Notes under the pieces: generated by a model
The model's input: the letters and a program-made list of their open reading frames with translations, nothing else
Database searches by the model: none
Told to the model about the DNA's origin: nothing
NCBI GenBank assembly: GCA_903813345.2
Contig: CAIIXF020000001.1
Location: 31,496,001-31,560,000, forward strand
From: Owenia fusiformis
Taxonomy: Eukaryota
Length of the DNA: 64,000 bases
Direction: 5' to 3'
Part shown: piece by piece, positions 37,145 to 50,300 of the stretch
How positions within the stretch are numbered: the stretch's first letter is position 1
How the letters are laid out: each line of letters opens with the position of its first letter
Translations under genes and position numbers: made by a program

Positions 37145-37720
37145 ATGATTCCCTAGTATGCTCGGGTTGTGCTTAAATAGCCCCAATTAGTTTCTTAATA
37201 GCCCTTATTGATTCAGTTTCTTAATTGCCATTAGTGATTCCCTAGTATGCTCGGGTTGTGCTTAAATAGCCCTATTTTGTTTCTTAATATCCCTTAGTGA
37301 TTCCCTAGTATGCTCAGGTTATGCTTAAATAGCCCCAATTAGTTTCTTAATATCCCTTAGTGATTCCCTAGTATGCTCAGGTTATGCTTAAATAGCCCCA
37401 ATTAGTTTCTTAATTGCCATTAGTGATTCCCTAGTATGCTCAGGTTGTGCTTAAATAGCCCCAATTAGTTTCTTAATAGCCCTTAGTGATTCCATAGTGT
37501 GGCTTGGTGGTGTTTAAATAGTTTCTTTAGGTTCAATAATAGTCATTAATAATTCCCTAGTATGCCTTGGTGGTGCTAAATGCCCCTTCATGATTCACTA
37601 GTATTCTTATTCCCTCAATGCTTTCATAGTATGACTTGGTGGTGCTTTAATAGCCCTCATTGGTAGCCCTTAATGATTTCCTTGCATACCCTAGTGTTAT
37701 CTAAATCTTGTGGTGCTTTA
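37145..37720. repeat. 63-bp tandem minisatellite, decaying rightwards
   Basis: GATTCCCTAGTATGCTC recurs at 37299, 37362 and 37425; abuts a gap. Confidence 0.85.
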
Positions 37721-38688
37721 GTAAATGTCCCAAATTAATCTAATTAAATAAAAAAAGCATTTGACCTCACATGAACAATGTATGTAAGGCTAAGTTGAGT
37801 TGTATGATGAATTTGGCTAAGATCTAAAAGTTTTTTTGTAAAAGAAATACCAATGCAAGGATTGGACAAAGGACACACTAGTTCAAGAATAAATATCAAA
37901 TGTTATTTACGAGCCAATTTAAAAAAAAACACGTGCGGATGATTGCTATGCATTGGTGTGAATGATCTCTTATTAAAAGATACTCGCGACCTCTGAAAGT
38001 TCAAAAAACACTTTTTGAAATTTAAAAAATAGGTTTCACATATCACACTTTGAACATTGGGTAAGACTACAATATAAGCCAAAGAAGTTTAAAGTTAATA
38101 TGGGGCCTTTAAAAATGTCAATGTTAGCATTGTGTTTCAATGATGAAAATTATTTTGACAGTCAAATCTTAAATGAAACAAAAGGTTTAGAGTATAATGT
38201 TAATCCCCCCTTTAAAATAGGTTGCGTTTTAGGGGGTTAATCAACTATATTTCCTCGAGTTATAATTTTCACCAATAAATACTTCTTTAAATACACAAAT
38301 TAATCTAACTCTGGTCAATTTAAGCTACTAGATAGTATTTGTGATGTTCTTATGTGTTAGAAATAAATATTAAACATTATTTTAAATATGAGGTCAAATT
38401 GTAGAGGGCGTCACCTTTAGGCCCAATTTCTCTTTTCAATTTCTTTTTCTAGGGCCAGGACCAACTTAGAGTGACCTAGGTCACACAATATTTCTCTAAT
38501 TTTGGCCTTGGTGCTGACCTATTACACAGTCTGTAAGTCTTGATAAATCTTGCATCGGGCAAAACTATGCTATGGCATGAAATGCAATTTTAGTATTGGT
38601 GCAACATGTAAAGTATCTAATTTTGATTTCAACAGTAAATAAATGTACCTAGATCTAACATAATGCATCACTTCATAGTAAAAATATA

Positions 38689-39368
38689 TATCTGGTGTCC
38701 CAAAAAATGAGACACTTTTTAACAAGTATTTTCTGGGCAACTGATGAACCAAATTCACTAAAAATTTGCACAAAGTAGCCTAAGAGTATCATTTGCAAGT
38801 TGTAAAAATCTAAAAAAGATCAACCAAATATTCTGTGATCAGTCAAAATAGCTTGTCTGTGTGGCATGACTAATTAATTTGTTTCATTCTTCCAAAATAT
38901 CCAAAATCCATTTATTCTCAAAATTCATTGGAGATGATATTGTTAGAATAAATACGGAAAAGTATTTTTGCTTGGAAATGGGTTAATAAGTAACTTTTAC
39001 ATTGATATTGGATGTTTTGACATACTGTGTTTAATTTACAAATACACACATAATATATGAGAGATTTCTTACATATTCATGGTGCTAGCAGAAGAAGAAT
39101 TTGGTTCATCTATTCCTGAGAAATTACTCGTCAAATTTTTTCCCGTTTTTTGGTGCAAACGATATAAAGTTCTCAGTGCGTTGCTCCGGTATGGGATCTT
39201 TTGACATTCTACGTTGAATTAATTAGTACTCACATTTACTTGATCTTTTTCATAGTTTTATACGTTGCTAATGATACTCTTGGGCTACTTTGTACACATT
39301 TTCAGTGAATGTGGTTGCCGAGAATATACTTTGTCAAAAAGTGTCTCATTTTTGGGACACCCGATATA
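38689..39368. mobile_element. Tc1/mariner-like MITE with long imperfect TIRs
   Basis: TATCTGGTGTCCCAAAAAATGAGACACTTTTT... / ...AAAAAGTGTCTCATTTTTGGGACACCCGATA; arms ~130 bp; TA flanks. Confidence 0.75.
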
Positions 39369-40683
39369 TATAACACCATGCTGTATTACAATTATTTCAT
39401 TGTAAATATGTAAACTTAAGGTCAAAATTAATCATAATGAATAGTTTGCATATTTTTCTAGAAATACCAGAAATTATTTTTGCTTTCATATGGTACCAAT
39501 GTCATTATGATCTCATAATGATTAATATAAACTGTTACTATGGAAACGAACGATTAAAATAATTTTTTGCTTAAAAATCTTAAAAAACACCAGTGCATCC
39601 GTAAAGCTCAATATGCAAGCTTTTGATCAGTATCAAAGCCCAAAAATACCTTCTACCTTTCTCATTCAATATCTGGATTTGTTAAAATTCTGGATACTAG
39701 ATACATGTGTTTGATTTAGGCCTCTATCTTTTTGCATAATGACATCATAATCACAATGATATTGTTTGCCTGATATATTAATACATGTTAGTGTTGTGTT
39801 CAGTCATGTATAAACACAAAATAGTTTATCTCCAATACTATTAGGCTACAAAAGCACATGATATGTATTTGTATTTTGTAAAATCACCAAAAAATGAGCG
39901 TTTCTATTTCTATGACATCACAATGAGCCCGAAACCTCAAGAAATGTGTATTTTTTACAGGTTTGTTAAATTAGCTTTACAATGATAGTTTTAATATGAT
40001 ATATGGTCAAACCATTCTCTAGATATCTTCAAAGGTATATTCCTGGACTTAATAGNNNNNNNNNNNNNNNNNNNNNNNNNNNNNNNNNNNNNNNNNNNNN
40101 NNNNNNNNNNNNNNNNNNNNNNNNNNNNNNNNNNNNNNNNNNNNNNNNNNNNNNNNNNNNNNNNNNNNNNNNNNNNNNNNNNNNNNNNNNNNNNNNNNNN
40201 NNNNNNNNNNNNNNNNNNNNNNNNNNNNNNNNNNNNNNNNNNNNNNNNNNNNNNNNNNNNNNNNNNNNNNNNNNNNNNNNNNNNNNNNNNNNNNNNNNNN
40301 NNNNNNNNNNNNNNNNNNNNNNNNNNNNNNNNNNNNNNNNNNNNNNNNNNNNNNNNNNNNNNNNNNNNNNNNNNNNNNNNNNNNNNNNNNNNNNNNNNNN
40401 NNNNNNNNNNNNNNNNNNNNNNNNNNNNNNNNNNNNNNNNNNNNNNNNNNNNNNNNNNNNNNNNNNNNNNNNNNNNNNNNNNNNNNNNNNNNNNNNNNNN
40501 NNNNNNNNNNNNNNNNNNNNNNNNNNNNNNNNNNNNNNNNNNNNNNNNNNNNNNNAACAGTTCTTGGTGGTGGCATATAAATTCCATAAACAGTTTTTGT
40601 CTTAGGCTATCAGAATGAGGACATGTACCGTAGGATTTATCATAAATTGCTGCATACGATTCCGTATATTTTTACGCTAATCT

Positions 40684-40892
40684 CACTGGCGGATCTGGGC
40701 CCAGAAAAAAGTGGGCCTTTTTGGTAATTACTGGGCCTTGTAAGGCCTTATTTTTGAATTTCAGGCCAAATTTTGGAAAAATGGGCCTCAAAATTTCAAA
40801 CTTTGGGCCCACTTTTCGGTTTTAAGGGCCCAACATTTTTTTTCTCTGAAATTTGCCCCCCCCCCCCTTGTTGGTTCCCAGATCCGCCCCTG
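40684..40892. mobile_element. Short MITE, superfamily uncertain
   Basis: TIRs CACTGGCGGATCTGGG / CCCAGATCCGCCCCTG; no clean TSD seen. Confidence 0.6.
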
Positions 40893-41105
40893 AATTTTAA
40901 ACTCCATATTACATGTATTATGCCCATTACGTTCTTCGATAATCTACGCTCAATGGTTGTAGTTTTTTGTCAATATTGAATAGGCTACTACTACATTCTA
41001 GCATAATGTTGTACCCCCACCATCGACCTGACACAAAAACAAACTGCTGCGCTAAAAAAGCCTTAGGCCTAGGTCTTATCATGAGAGGGCCTGCATCAAT
41101 ATTAT

Positions 41106-41172
41106 CCACGGGTAGCCCACTCGGTAGAACATACAGGCTGACGGGTCGTGGGTTCGAGTCCCACTTTGGGCG
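41106..41172 (+). pseudogene. Degenerate tRNA-Lys-like pseudogene or SINE head
   Basis: TAGCCCACTCGGTAGAACAT (A box/D arm) and GGGTCGTGGGTTCGAGTCCCACTTTGGGCG (B box/T arm) resemble tRNA-Lys(CTT); the anticodon arm is shortened. Confidence 0.6.
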
Positions 41173-41275
41173 CAATATTTTGGAAAGTGAATGATGCAGA
41201 TGCAAATAAGTAATCATTTTTCATGTTCATCTAGATTCATTTCAAGTGATATCAGACACTTATTTATATTTTCAG

Positions 41276-41329
41276 AGGACCCAAGGATATGTCCGGAGAT
41301 TCTGCCTGGGGAGAATGATATCCCGGGAG
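41276..41329 (+). CDS. Collagen exon ([17 protein letters not shown])
   Basis: ttcag/gtaagt, 54 nt, phase 1-1. Confidence 0.8.
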
Positions 41330-44300
41330 GTAAGTTAACGACCGTCTACATGTGGAGTACGAAAGTTTATTGGATGATAGGAATTAGTTATTATTCATCA
41401 TCATCTAAGTTTTTGATAAAATGGCGGGAAATTCAACTTTGAGTCTTTTTCGAATTATACGAGGGTTGTCCCAGAAGTAATACACTATATGTTCTAATTT
41501 AATTAATACTTGATATTTTTCCATGAAAGGAGCACGTAGGTAATCGCAAACAATTTCAAAAGATTCTAGCTTGAATTATGAATATTTTCTGATCATGAAC
41601 ATGGGTGTATCTTTGAGATCCATTCATTATCTTCAAGGAAAGTATATATAATGATAAGTCATAATCAGACCTAAGTGATATTGAAGGGGCAATGGACCAA
41701 TCAACATACTTTTTCAAAAATGTTGACCTAATTTTCACCAAAAATGCAACCTTTTATTATATTGTTGAATGCATAATTAGAATGTGCTTTGAGACATGTT
41801 TGATTTCCTAAAAGGAAAAGTTGATTGCTCCAGGGACTTTAAAGATATTGAATTTGGATGACCAAAATGAACTGAAAGCAATGGATAGCATGAGATTTTT
41901 CAATGGAGATATAACATGGGGAACAAGTATCTTAAAGCAATTGAGTTTTTCTTTCAAAATAAAGAATAGTAATGCACTAAACATTGTAAAAAATGATTGC
42001 ATTTTTGGTGAAAATGAGGTCAACATCTTTGAAAAAGTGTGTTGATGGGTTGATTGCTAGTTAAATATCTCCGAGTTTGTTTGACTTTATTATTACTGTA
42101 TATATATAATTTTCTTTGAGATAATGGATTGATCTAAAAGATAAACCTGTCTTCATTGTCAGAAAATAGTCATAATCCAAGATATAACTTTCTGAAATTA
42201 TTTGCGATAACCTACGTGCTCCTTTCAGTGTATATTCCTTAGAGATATTTTGAGCATTCTACAAAGTTTCATTTCAATTGATAATACTATGTTGAAACTA
42301 TTATAATAAAATCAAGTTGGTGAGTTTGGGTAGGGTGGGACAGGTTCTAAGTCCACACCAACGGCGCCTTTGATGGCGCTTTAAAGCACCGTTGGTGTGA
42401 ATTTAGCTTAAGTTATACAGCAATGGGTTTCGGTACAACGCGCATCGGTAAGATGCAAACAACCCACCCACATGTTTTTTCTGAAATGTTGTCCTGATTT
42501 TCAACCCTTTTATTTTCATCTCTATGAATGATTTCCCAAGTAAATCCTAAGAAAATAGCCCAAATCCAACATAATGACTGTCCGAAATCTGTTGCGATAC
42601 TCTCCTCCTTTCAAGTTCAACCATCTGTGAGCAACAGCAACGACTTACTTGTCTATATAATGTATTTATTTTATCACTTATTTATTTTATTTCACTTTTG
42701 AGAAACAGTAACAACACGCCTCTTATGATGTGATACCAGTCGTTAAGGTATTTTAACATAATTTTTCAATTCTTTGATTTGTTTGTATATGTCAATCAGA
42801 TCCAATTATGCTACATCTAAACAAGACACAAACCACATAATCTTGCAGCTAAAGTACATACCATACGTACCTTCATGATCAATGGAACATATATTTCATC
42901 AATGTACTTTGCCATTTGTGAAATCATTACGTTTTTGGGGTAGGGGTAGAGGGAAAGATTTTGTTGTGTACATTGTACAGTATTGCACAAATTAAAAAAA
43001 TGACTTAAAGTGTTTAAATTCATGTTTGATGGTTGGAGGGTGGGAGTGAATCTGCATTAATGATTTCAATCAATTAATGTTTTTAGTCAACAACGATCGC
43101 TAGAGGTTAGGATGACAACATAATATGCACCATCGCACCTGTTAGGTCACAGGATCAAATACTATAAATTGCTCAAAGTTCAAAAAGATACTTAGATCCT
43201 CTTAAAAAAGTTTTGTTTTCAAAACGCTTTTGTTGCATCCATCATGGCAATCTGCCCGAAACGTTGAATCCTTTAAAACAGTTTATCTTCAAAGTGTACA
43301 GGTAGTTTAAAGTATAATACAGTAAAACTTATCTAAGCTTATGTTGCTGTGACGACCAACTAGCGGTTGACATATTGACAGATGATCATATGAAAAGGTT
43401 ATGATAACATGGGAGTCAACGGGACGCTTGAAAACGGAATAAAAAGGTGTTCTAATTTCCTGGTGTTTATTTTAATGAGGTGTTCTCTGTGACGTATACA
43501 GTTTTCCTGTAGTTCACGTGAATTTTGTACTCGACGTACCTGTAAATAATCTTCATGTGTCAGAATGTTATTTTGAAGTGAATACTCAATTGACGCAATA
43601 ACAAAACATGAAAAGAAGAAAAACAAAATGGAAAAATGTCAGTTTCATATCTATGTGATACTTTTCTTTAAAATAATATCATATAGTAGTGGATATTATG
43701 TTTGGTACGATTATTACGACTACTATGTACAACTACATCCCGAGGGGCCAAGTAAGTGGGAACAATCAATCTTACACATTTGTTTGAATTTCAAAAACAA
43801 CTGAAATAATATGGATTTTCATGTTTTCTTATTACATATAATATAAGAAATTAAAGTGACGTATGCCTAAAGGGACCATATATACATTTGTATATTGGTA
43901 TATATTTGTGTACTTCTTTACATTTGTAATTAATTATTATGTTTGGGGTAGATATATAGAATGAAGAATTATTCATCCTAGTCTTGGGGAGTGGGTAGAC
44001 AGAATATACTATGAATTCTTAGCGCACACATATCTATAGTTTAAAAGAGACAACTTTTAATTTGGAGTGAAAAAGGTCAATCTGAAACTTAGCAATTAAT
44101 TCCATTTTGAGACAACACAGAAATATTGACATGGTCCATTGGAAATAACATCAGAATTTGGATTTCATCATACCAAACCAAAGAAAATGGCAAATAAGGT
44201 TATTATGTACAGTAATAGCCAACTTCTGAGATTTCTATTCAAAATTATACATGAACATTGAACAAAATAAGGTACCATTTGGCTATAGTTGTTTGTACAT

Positions 44301-47300
44301 ACTTAACAAAAATAAAGGTGTTGCAAAATATAAAGAAGTACTTTTATCTTTTTTTCAGCTGTATTTGATTTCATTTCTACATTTGATATGGACAGTATAT
44401 TAGGAGTACAGGGAGTAAAGAAGGTTAAAGGTTCTAGTGATATGCAGACAGCTTACAGAATAGGTAGAAAAGCCGATCTTAGAATACCAACTAGGCAAGT
44501 ATATCCTGTCTGATAACTGTATAGATTTCTTATAATGTCAAGTTAACACTATGCTTACACAGAAAATATTGTTAATATACAATATGAGATCAAAAAATGA
44601 GTGAATGAATGAATGAAGTGAAAGAGAGTGGAGTAACAGTCTAACTGACAGCCCAAATAATTGGTCTAAGATAGCGCTGATTTTAGCTCATATACAAAGT
44701 CCAATGAAGCAGGAATAGAAAGAGAAGAATGTAGAAATGTCACATTCCTTCTCTTATATAAATGAACTTGTATCACCTCACTGTCATGTTTCTTTCATTT
44801 TTCAGGTAATCATGCATATATTAGAAATGTATGCTTTTATTACTGAATAGTCACATGCTTGTTGAGCCTAATATCACCTTACCACTGATTACCATTGAGG
44901 CTAGAAATTCAGGAATGTGTAAAATAAAAGTTACGGGTTGTGTGAAAAGATTAAAAATTGATTGAAAAGCCTGGATTTCAAAACTGGTTGATGATCAGTG
45001 TTTGCATACATTGATGAGTAGAGAATGGCCTGAGGAGTCAGCCTGGGAAGTGCAGATCAGACTTTCTGACATCTCATCTCTGGCCTTCCCCAAATACACA
45101 ATGAAATTTATGAAATAAATACTATACTATAGAATAGTGTGTGGGAGGAGCAGGTTATATCCATAGTGATCTACTGTCAGTGTATGCAGAGACAAGACCA
45201 AGATATACCTAGGCTAGACACATGTGACTATTCCCTCTACCCTGACCTGATTGTGGCGCTCATCCCCTATTGTCTTACCTAAACATCATGAAAGACCCCC
45301 TTCTCTCTATACACCCTCTCTCTTTATACTTTGAATGTATAGACTAGTGGACTAGTATGTAACATATTCAATTCATTCTGTATTCTTAGTACCTATCTTA
45401 TATCTGCTTATAGGTCAATTGAGAATATACAATATTTTCTCTTTACCTATGAAATATTTAGTCGGGACAATACAACTGCATATCTCTACTGTTGAATCAT
45501 CTCAAAATCTTCCTGTTGACCTCCATCTGTGGTCTCAGTAAGCCTTGATATATTGGAGGTATACAATTAATCCAGTCCACTGCTCATGAGGTCAACAGTT
45601 ATCAGTAAGAACTGAAACATTATGAGATGTGAATGAATTGTTACATGCTAAATGGTATATACATTCTAAAACCGTCTCTAAATCTCTCATACTAATAATT
45701 ATGCTCAATTTTTAACTGCTTAATGGTTTGAAGCTAAATTTGAAATCTAGACTAAATAAATATTCTGCACCTATTAGGATAACTCCCATGAAGTTAATGT
45801 GTTTAGTAGTATAACAAGATTAAACACAAAAAATGATAACACTTCATGAATTGTAAATGATGCTTACATAGCGCATAAATCAAATTTTGCTTCAATTTAA
45901 AAGCTTCGAGGTTTTTGATATAAAACAGATTTCACAAAACATTTTTAATTTTCTAATATAATATATGTATTCACACATTTTATGATGCTAATTTGTGACA
46001 AACTTAATACTTTTACTACAATGTTAATGTTGTAGATGTATTCACGATAACATGTCACATACTTCATTGGTGAAAGATATACTTTACATTGTTAACTTTA
46101 AATAATACTTAAAACTTCCATTAATTCAGATAAATTGCAGAAACTGGTACAGGGAGACAAAACAAACTGCAACCCTTTATGTAAATAAGGTGTTAAACAT
46201 GTTAAAAAAAGTGTGCTTATATAGCATCAACAACTTACTTACAAATCACTCAAAATGCAAATATTCAGAAAAGAAATTTGATTCATCAGAATTTACAAAG
46301 TTATTTCATTGAACTGGGTAGATAGAATACACTATTACAAAATGTATGTGGAAAGCAAACCTGAAGCCTTGCCCAAATCAGTATTTTTTTACTAATCTGA
46401 TTAAAAATCAAGATAAGTAAAAGAGACCGACTTGGGCAAGGCTAGCAAACCTGGAATAATTCATATAATGGCAGACAAAAATCTCCAAATCAAAAAACAA
46501 ATTTACAAGAGTACTTATATATCTACCAAAATCAAGAAGACATGATAAAGATAGTTAAGAAAGAAATACCAAAATAAAATTAGAGGGTTGCAATTTCGTA
46601 AACTAGTTCTAAGTAAAACACTGCCAAATGCACCAGTTTGTCTGAGAACTGAAATGCATCTTTATTTCTTGTTCTATTTTTACAACGAGACGCAATTTTT
46701 CATAGATATCTTTCTTACAACTGAACAACAATACATGGGGGAGATTTATTATTTACAATTACAAATACTACAACTGGACTAAACCACTATCTAGAACTGT
46801 AAATCTTTCTTCTGCACCCTAAGAATTCTGAAAATATCTTCCAAATCACAAACCAGAGATATTTTGAAAATTCTGTTTAGGCCATTTATTAAAGCATGTT
46901 TTGTTTATTTTTAGCTTAATTCTAGTTTCCAGTGACGGCAATGCACTTACCCACTCTTTGTAGCCTTTGTAGGATATAAATGACCCTCATAGAATACATA
47001 ACTTACAATCTATTTTCAACATGTAAGAAGTAGTAGTGTGTAGTTAAATGTTATTGTACAAACTATGCATGCAAAACCAAGATGTCAACATTGATAGATT
47101 CTAACATGTTAATGTTGGATATTTTTTTGATTCATTTAAAATACTCAGGTTAGCCTGATTACTCACATATGCTGGTCATTCATGTACAATAAACAACATG
47201 TATAATAAATGACATGTACAATTCACTTAAGCTGAAACAGAAACTTGTATCAAGATACAATAACCCTGAACACGTTTGACATGTTTGAAGATGCCCTTAT

Positions 47301-50300
47301 CCATGTTGACAGCTTGATTATCACACTTGTACAAGTAACCAATACTTAACATCCTTTTACATTGACACAAGTGTACACATGATTGTTACATATTGTTGTT
47401 TACATGGCGTCACTGTCAGTGTAGAAGAAGTGTTATTAATGCTCTTTTTGTCATAAAACCATTAAATAAAATACAGTTAAAATACATGTTATTAAAATAA
47501 TGTAACACAATATAATAGTGTATAATATACAGAAAATGTAATTCAACAATCAAAAATGTTTCCAAGTCTCTTGAGACTGAAACTGTTGAATCACAATTTG
47601 AAAAATCCTAACATATATTATGATGTGACCCCTCATGTCAGTAAATACATTTACTTCCAAAGATAACATGCATCATTGAAAATGAATTCTCCTCAATGCT
47701 TTGAACTGGTGAATCAGTTCACTAAAATAGAGAGGAATGGTTCGTTGATGAAGGCATTGTTGATGGAGAGTCACCTCATAATATCCTTATAATGTGCTAA
47801 TATCCTAACCATTAAGACAGTTGCCATGACTTCAATCAACACAATCAAAATGGTTCTGAAGGCAACCAATGTGATGCTGCAGTAATTGTGTTATCAAATC
47901 CTATAGCAACACATTGATTGCTATGCCTAAAGGAGCTTGCGTCTCCAGGTAATAACTTTTCGATAGAATATAAGTCAGGCACCAGTCAAGCCAACGCTAT
48001 ATAACAATGCTTTCGTTTTCTAGACAACTATTTCCATATGGTATGCCTACCCAGTTTTCCTTTGTCAGTACATTTCGGATGAGTAGTAAGACAAGGAGAG
48101 AAACCTGGAATTTAATAAGGGTAGAGGATTCTTTTGGAGAGCCTCAATTTGGTATTCGCCTGAATGGTCAATCCAAACAAGTAGAATTTTACGTAAAAGA
48201 CTATAATAACCAATTACAGACTCTCGTATTCAAAGGCAAAGAGCATAAAAAGGTAACTTATCAATTATAACTTACATGGCCATATGCAATATCTCAAGTC
48301 ATAACCATATGATCATGAGGAATATGATCATGAGTTGACAAAAGTGTACATGTACATAATTCTTCAAAATATGTACATATGTAGATAAAAATACTCAAAG
48401 GACATATCTAAAATATTGTTGCTATAGTTGTACTAACACTGTTTTCTCTGTTTAACAAGTGGTATTTTCCAAAGGAGAGAACCACTGATCATTCTTTATT
48501 TTAGTTATTTGATAAAAACTGGCACAAGTTGTCGTTCCAAGTACTTCAAGACAAGGTCACTATATATATAGACTGTGACGTCATTCAGACTCTACCCTTA
48601 GAACCAGCATCATTCTCCCAGTTTGATGTCAATGGAAACATCATTCTTGGAAAAAAAGAAGGAAACGATGAAACAGTTACAGTAAGTTAGATTCCGGTAT
48701 TTGATATATCAAAGAAAATGTCTTGATTTTGAACAAAATCTACTCAACCCTACAGAATTATTTACAATTTGTAAGTTACTGTATGTATTTATATTTAATA
48801 TACCTTGCATATATACATATTTAAGGCAAGTAAATGGAGGTTCCTTTCAACATCATAAATATATTTGGGGTATATGTAATGAGAAAGCACAGTAGATGCA
48901 AGTGTTCTTTATGTATTTTTCATTGGGCTTCAAAGTACACACATAGGCCAAAAAGATCTATGTTCTCCTGTAACTGAGGCAGAATGCAGTAAAACATATG
49001 TATTAATTGGTCCATACTCAACTCAGACTCCATAAATTATCTCCTTCATGTTTGTCTAAGTATCTAGCAAATATGTGCAACATGTGGCATGAAAACATTT
49101 ACACAAAAAAGTAAAAACATTGTTCAATAATTTAACAAAGCTACACAGTTTATCTGAAGTTTTCTAAATATTTCACTTTCATCTATGTTGTATACCTTGT
49201 TAAACAGCAAATACCAAGGTGTTGTGATAAAGAAACTCCCCAAAGAGCACACTAATTGAAGCAACTGGGAAATTTCTTGTAGGTTGTTTCTTGACTTCTC
49301 TAGTGGTATATGCTAACATATATTGTCTTATCTCCACCTTTACACAAAATGTTTTCATCTCCTGAAAAAGAACACAAGAATACAATCTATAAGGCGTGTG
49401 CTTTAGAGATCTGAACACAAGTATATTGCACCAATTAAGGAAATGCTGGCAAAGAAATTAAACAGAAGTTTCTAAAATGGAGGCAATTAGTTACAATCTT
49501 GGGACATAACTCGTTACATTTGACATGCTTTCATTGCGTTCCCCATTAATGTTTGAAAAATGTCTACCTTAGAAGTTATATATAAGTGTCAGGCACCTTT
49601 GAGAAATAAAGTAGTTGGTATATGGCTCATGTTGGTAAACATACAAAGTTACACCATTTATTTTAACAAGGAGTGATGAACACAGAGTGCAATGTTCTTT
49701 TGATAGTGTATCTGTCTAGGAATGGGATGATCATTCTGAAATTGGTTAGGAAAAACTAGTAGCTGATAAATACAATATGTTCACATTAATTTTCATTCCA
49801 TCTCTATTTTTAGTATGATCTCCAGTGGCTGATGATGCACTGTGATCCCTCTATGGTCGATAGAGAATCTTGTGCTGAGATACCTGTAAGTAGCAATAAA
49901 AGTACACACCTTTCATTTTCTTTCCTTTGCTATACATGCACTTCTAGGTCAATTGAAAATACATTAAACATCTTTTATGGAATCATTGTTTTTATATCCA
50001 TATTATTAGCGATTGCATTTTATTTATTTCAACAAAAAAGTGTTATGTTACTTTTTGTGAATGTATTAATTATTTTGTTATGGTTTTGTAATAATGGTGC
50101 AACAGAATATAATTGTATGGTTTGTGTAATATTTGTTGGCATTTTGTATTTTTGGTCGAAGTGTATTACCTGAATGCAGGCATTAAGGGTTAATTTTCAG
50201 TTATATTTCCATTTTCAGTTTACTTAGGAGATAGTGAGGGACTCATTTTTGTGATTTTGCATTTTTATTTTTAAACTTTTGCATACATTTTCAGGTGTTC

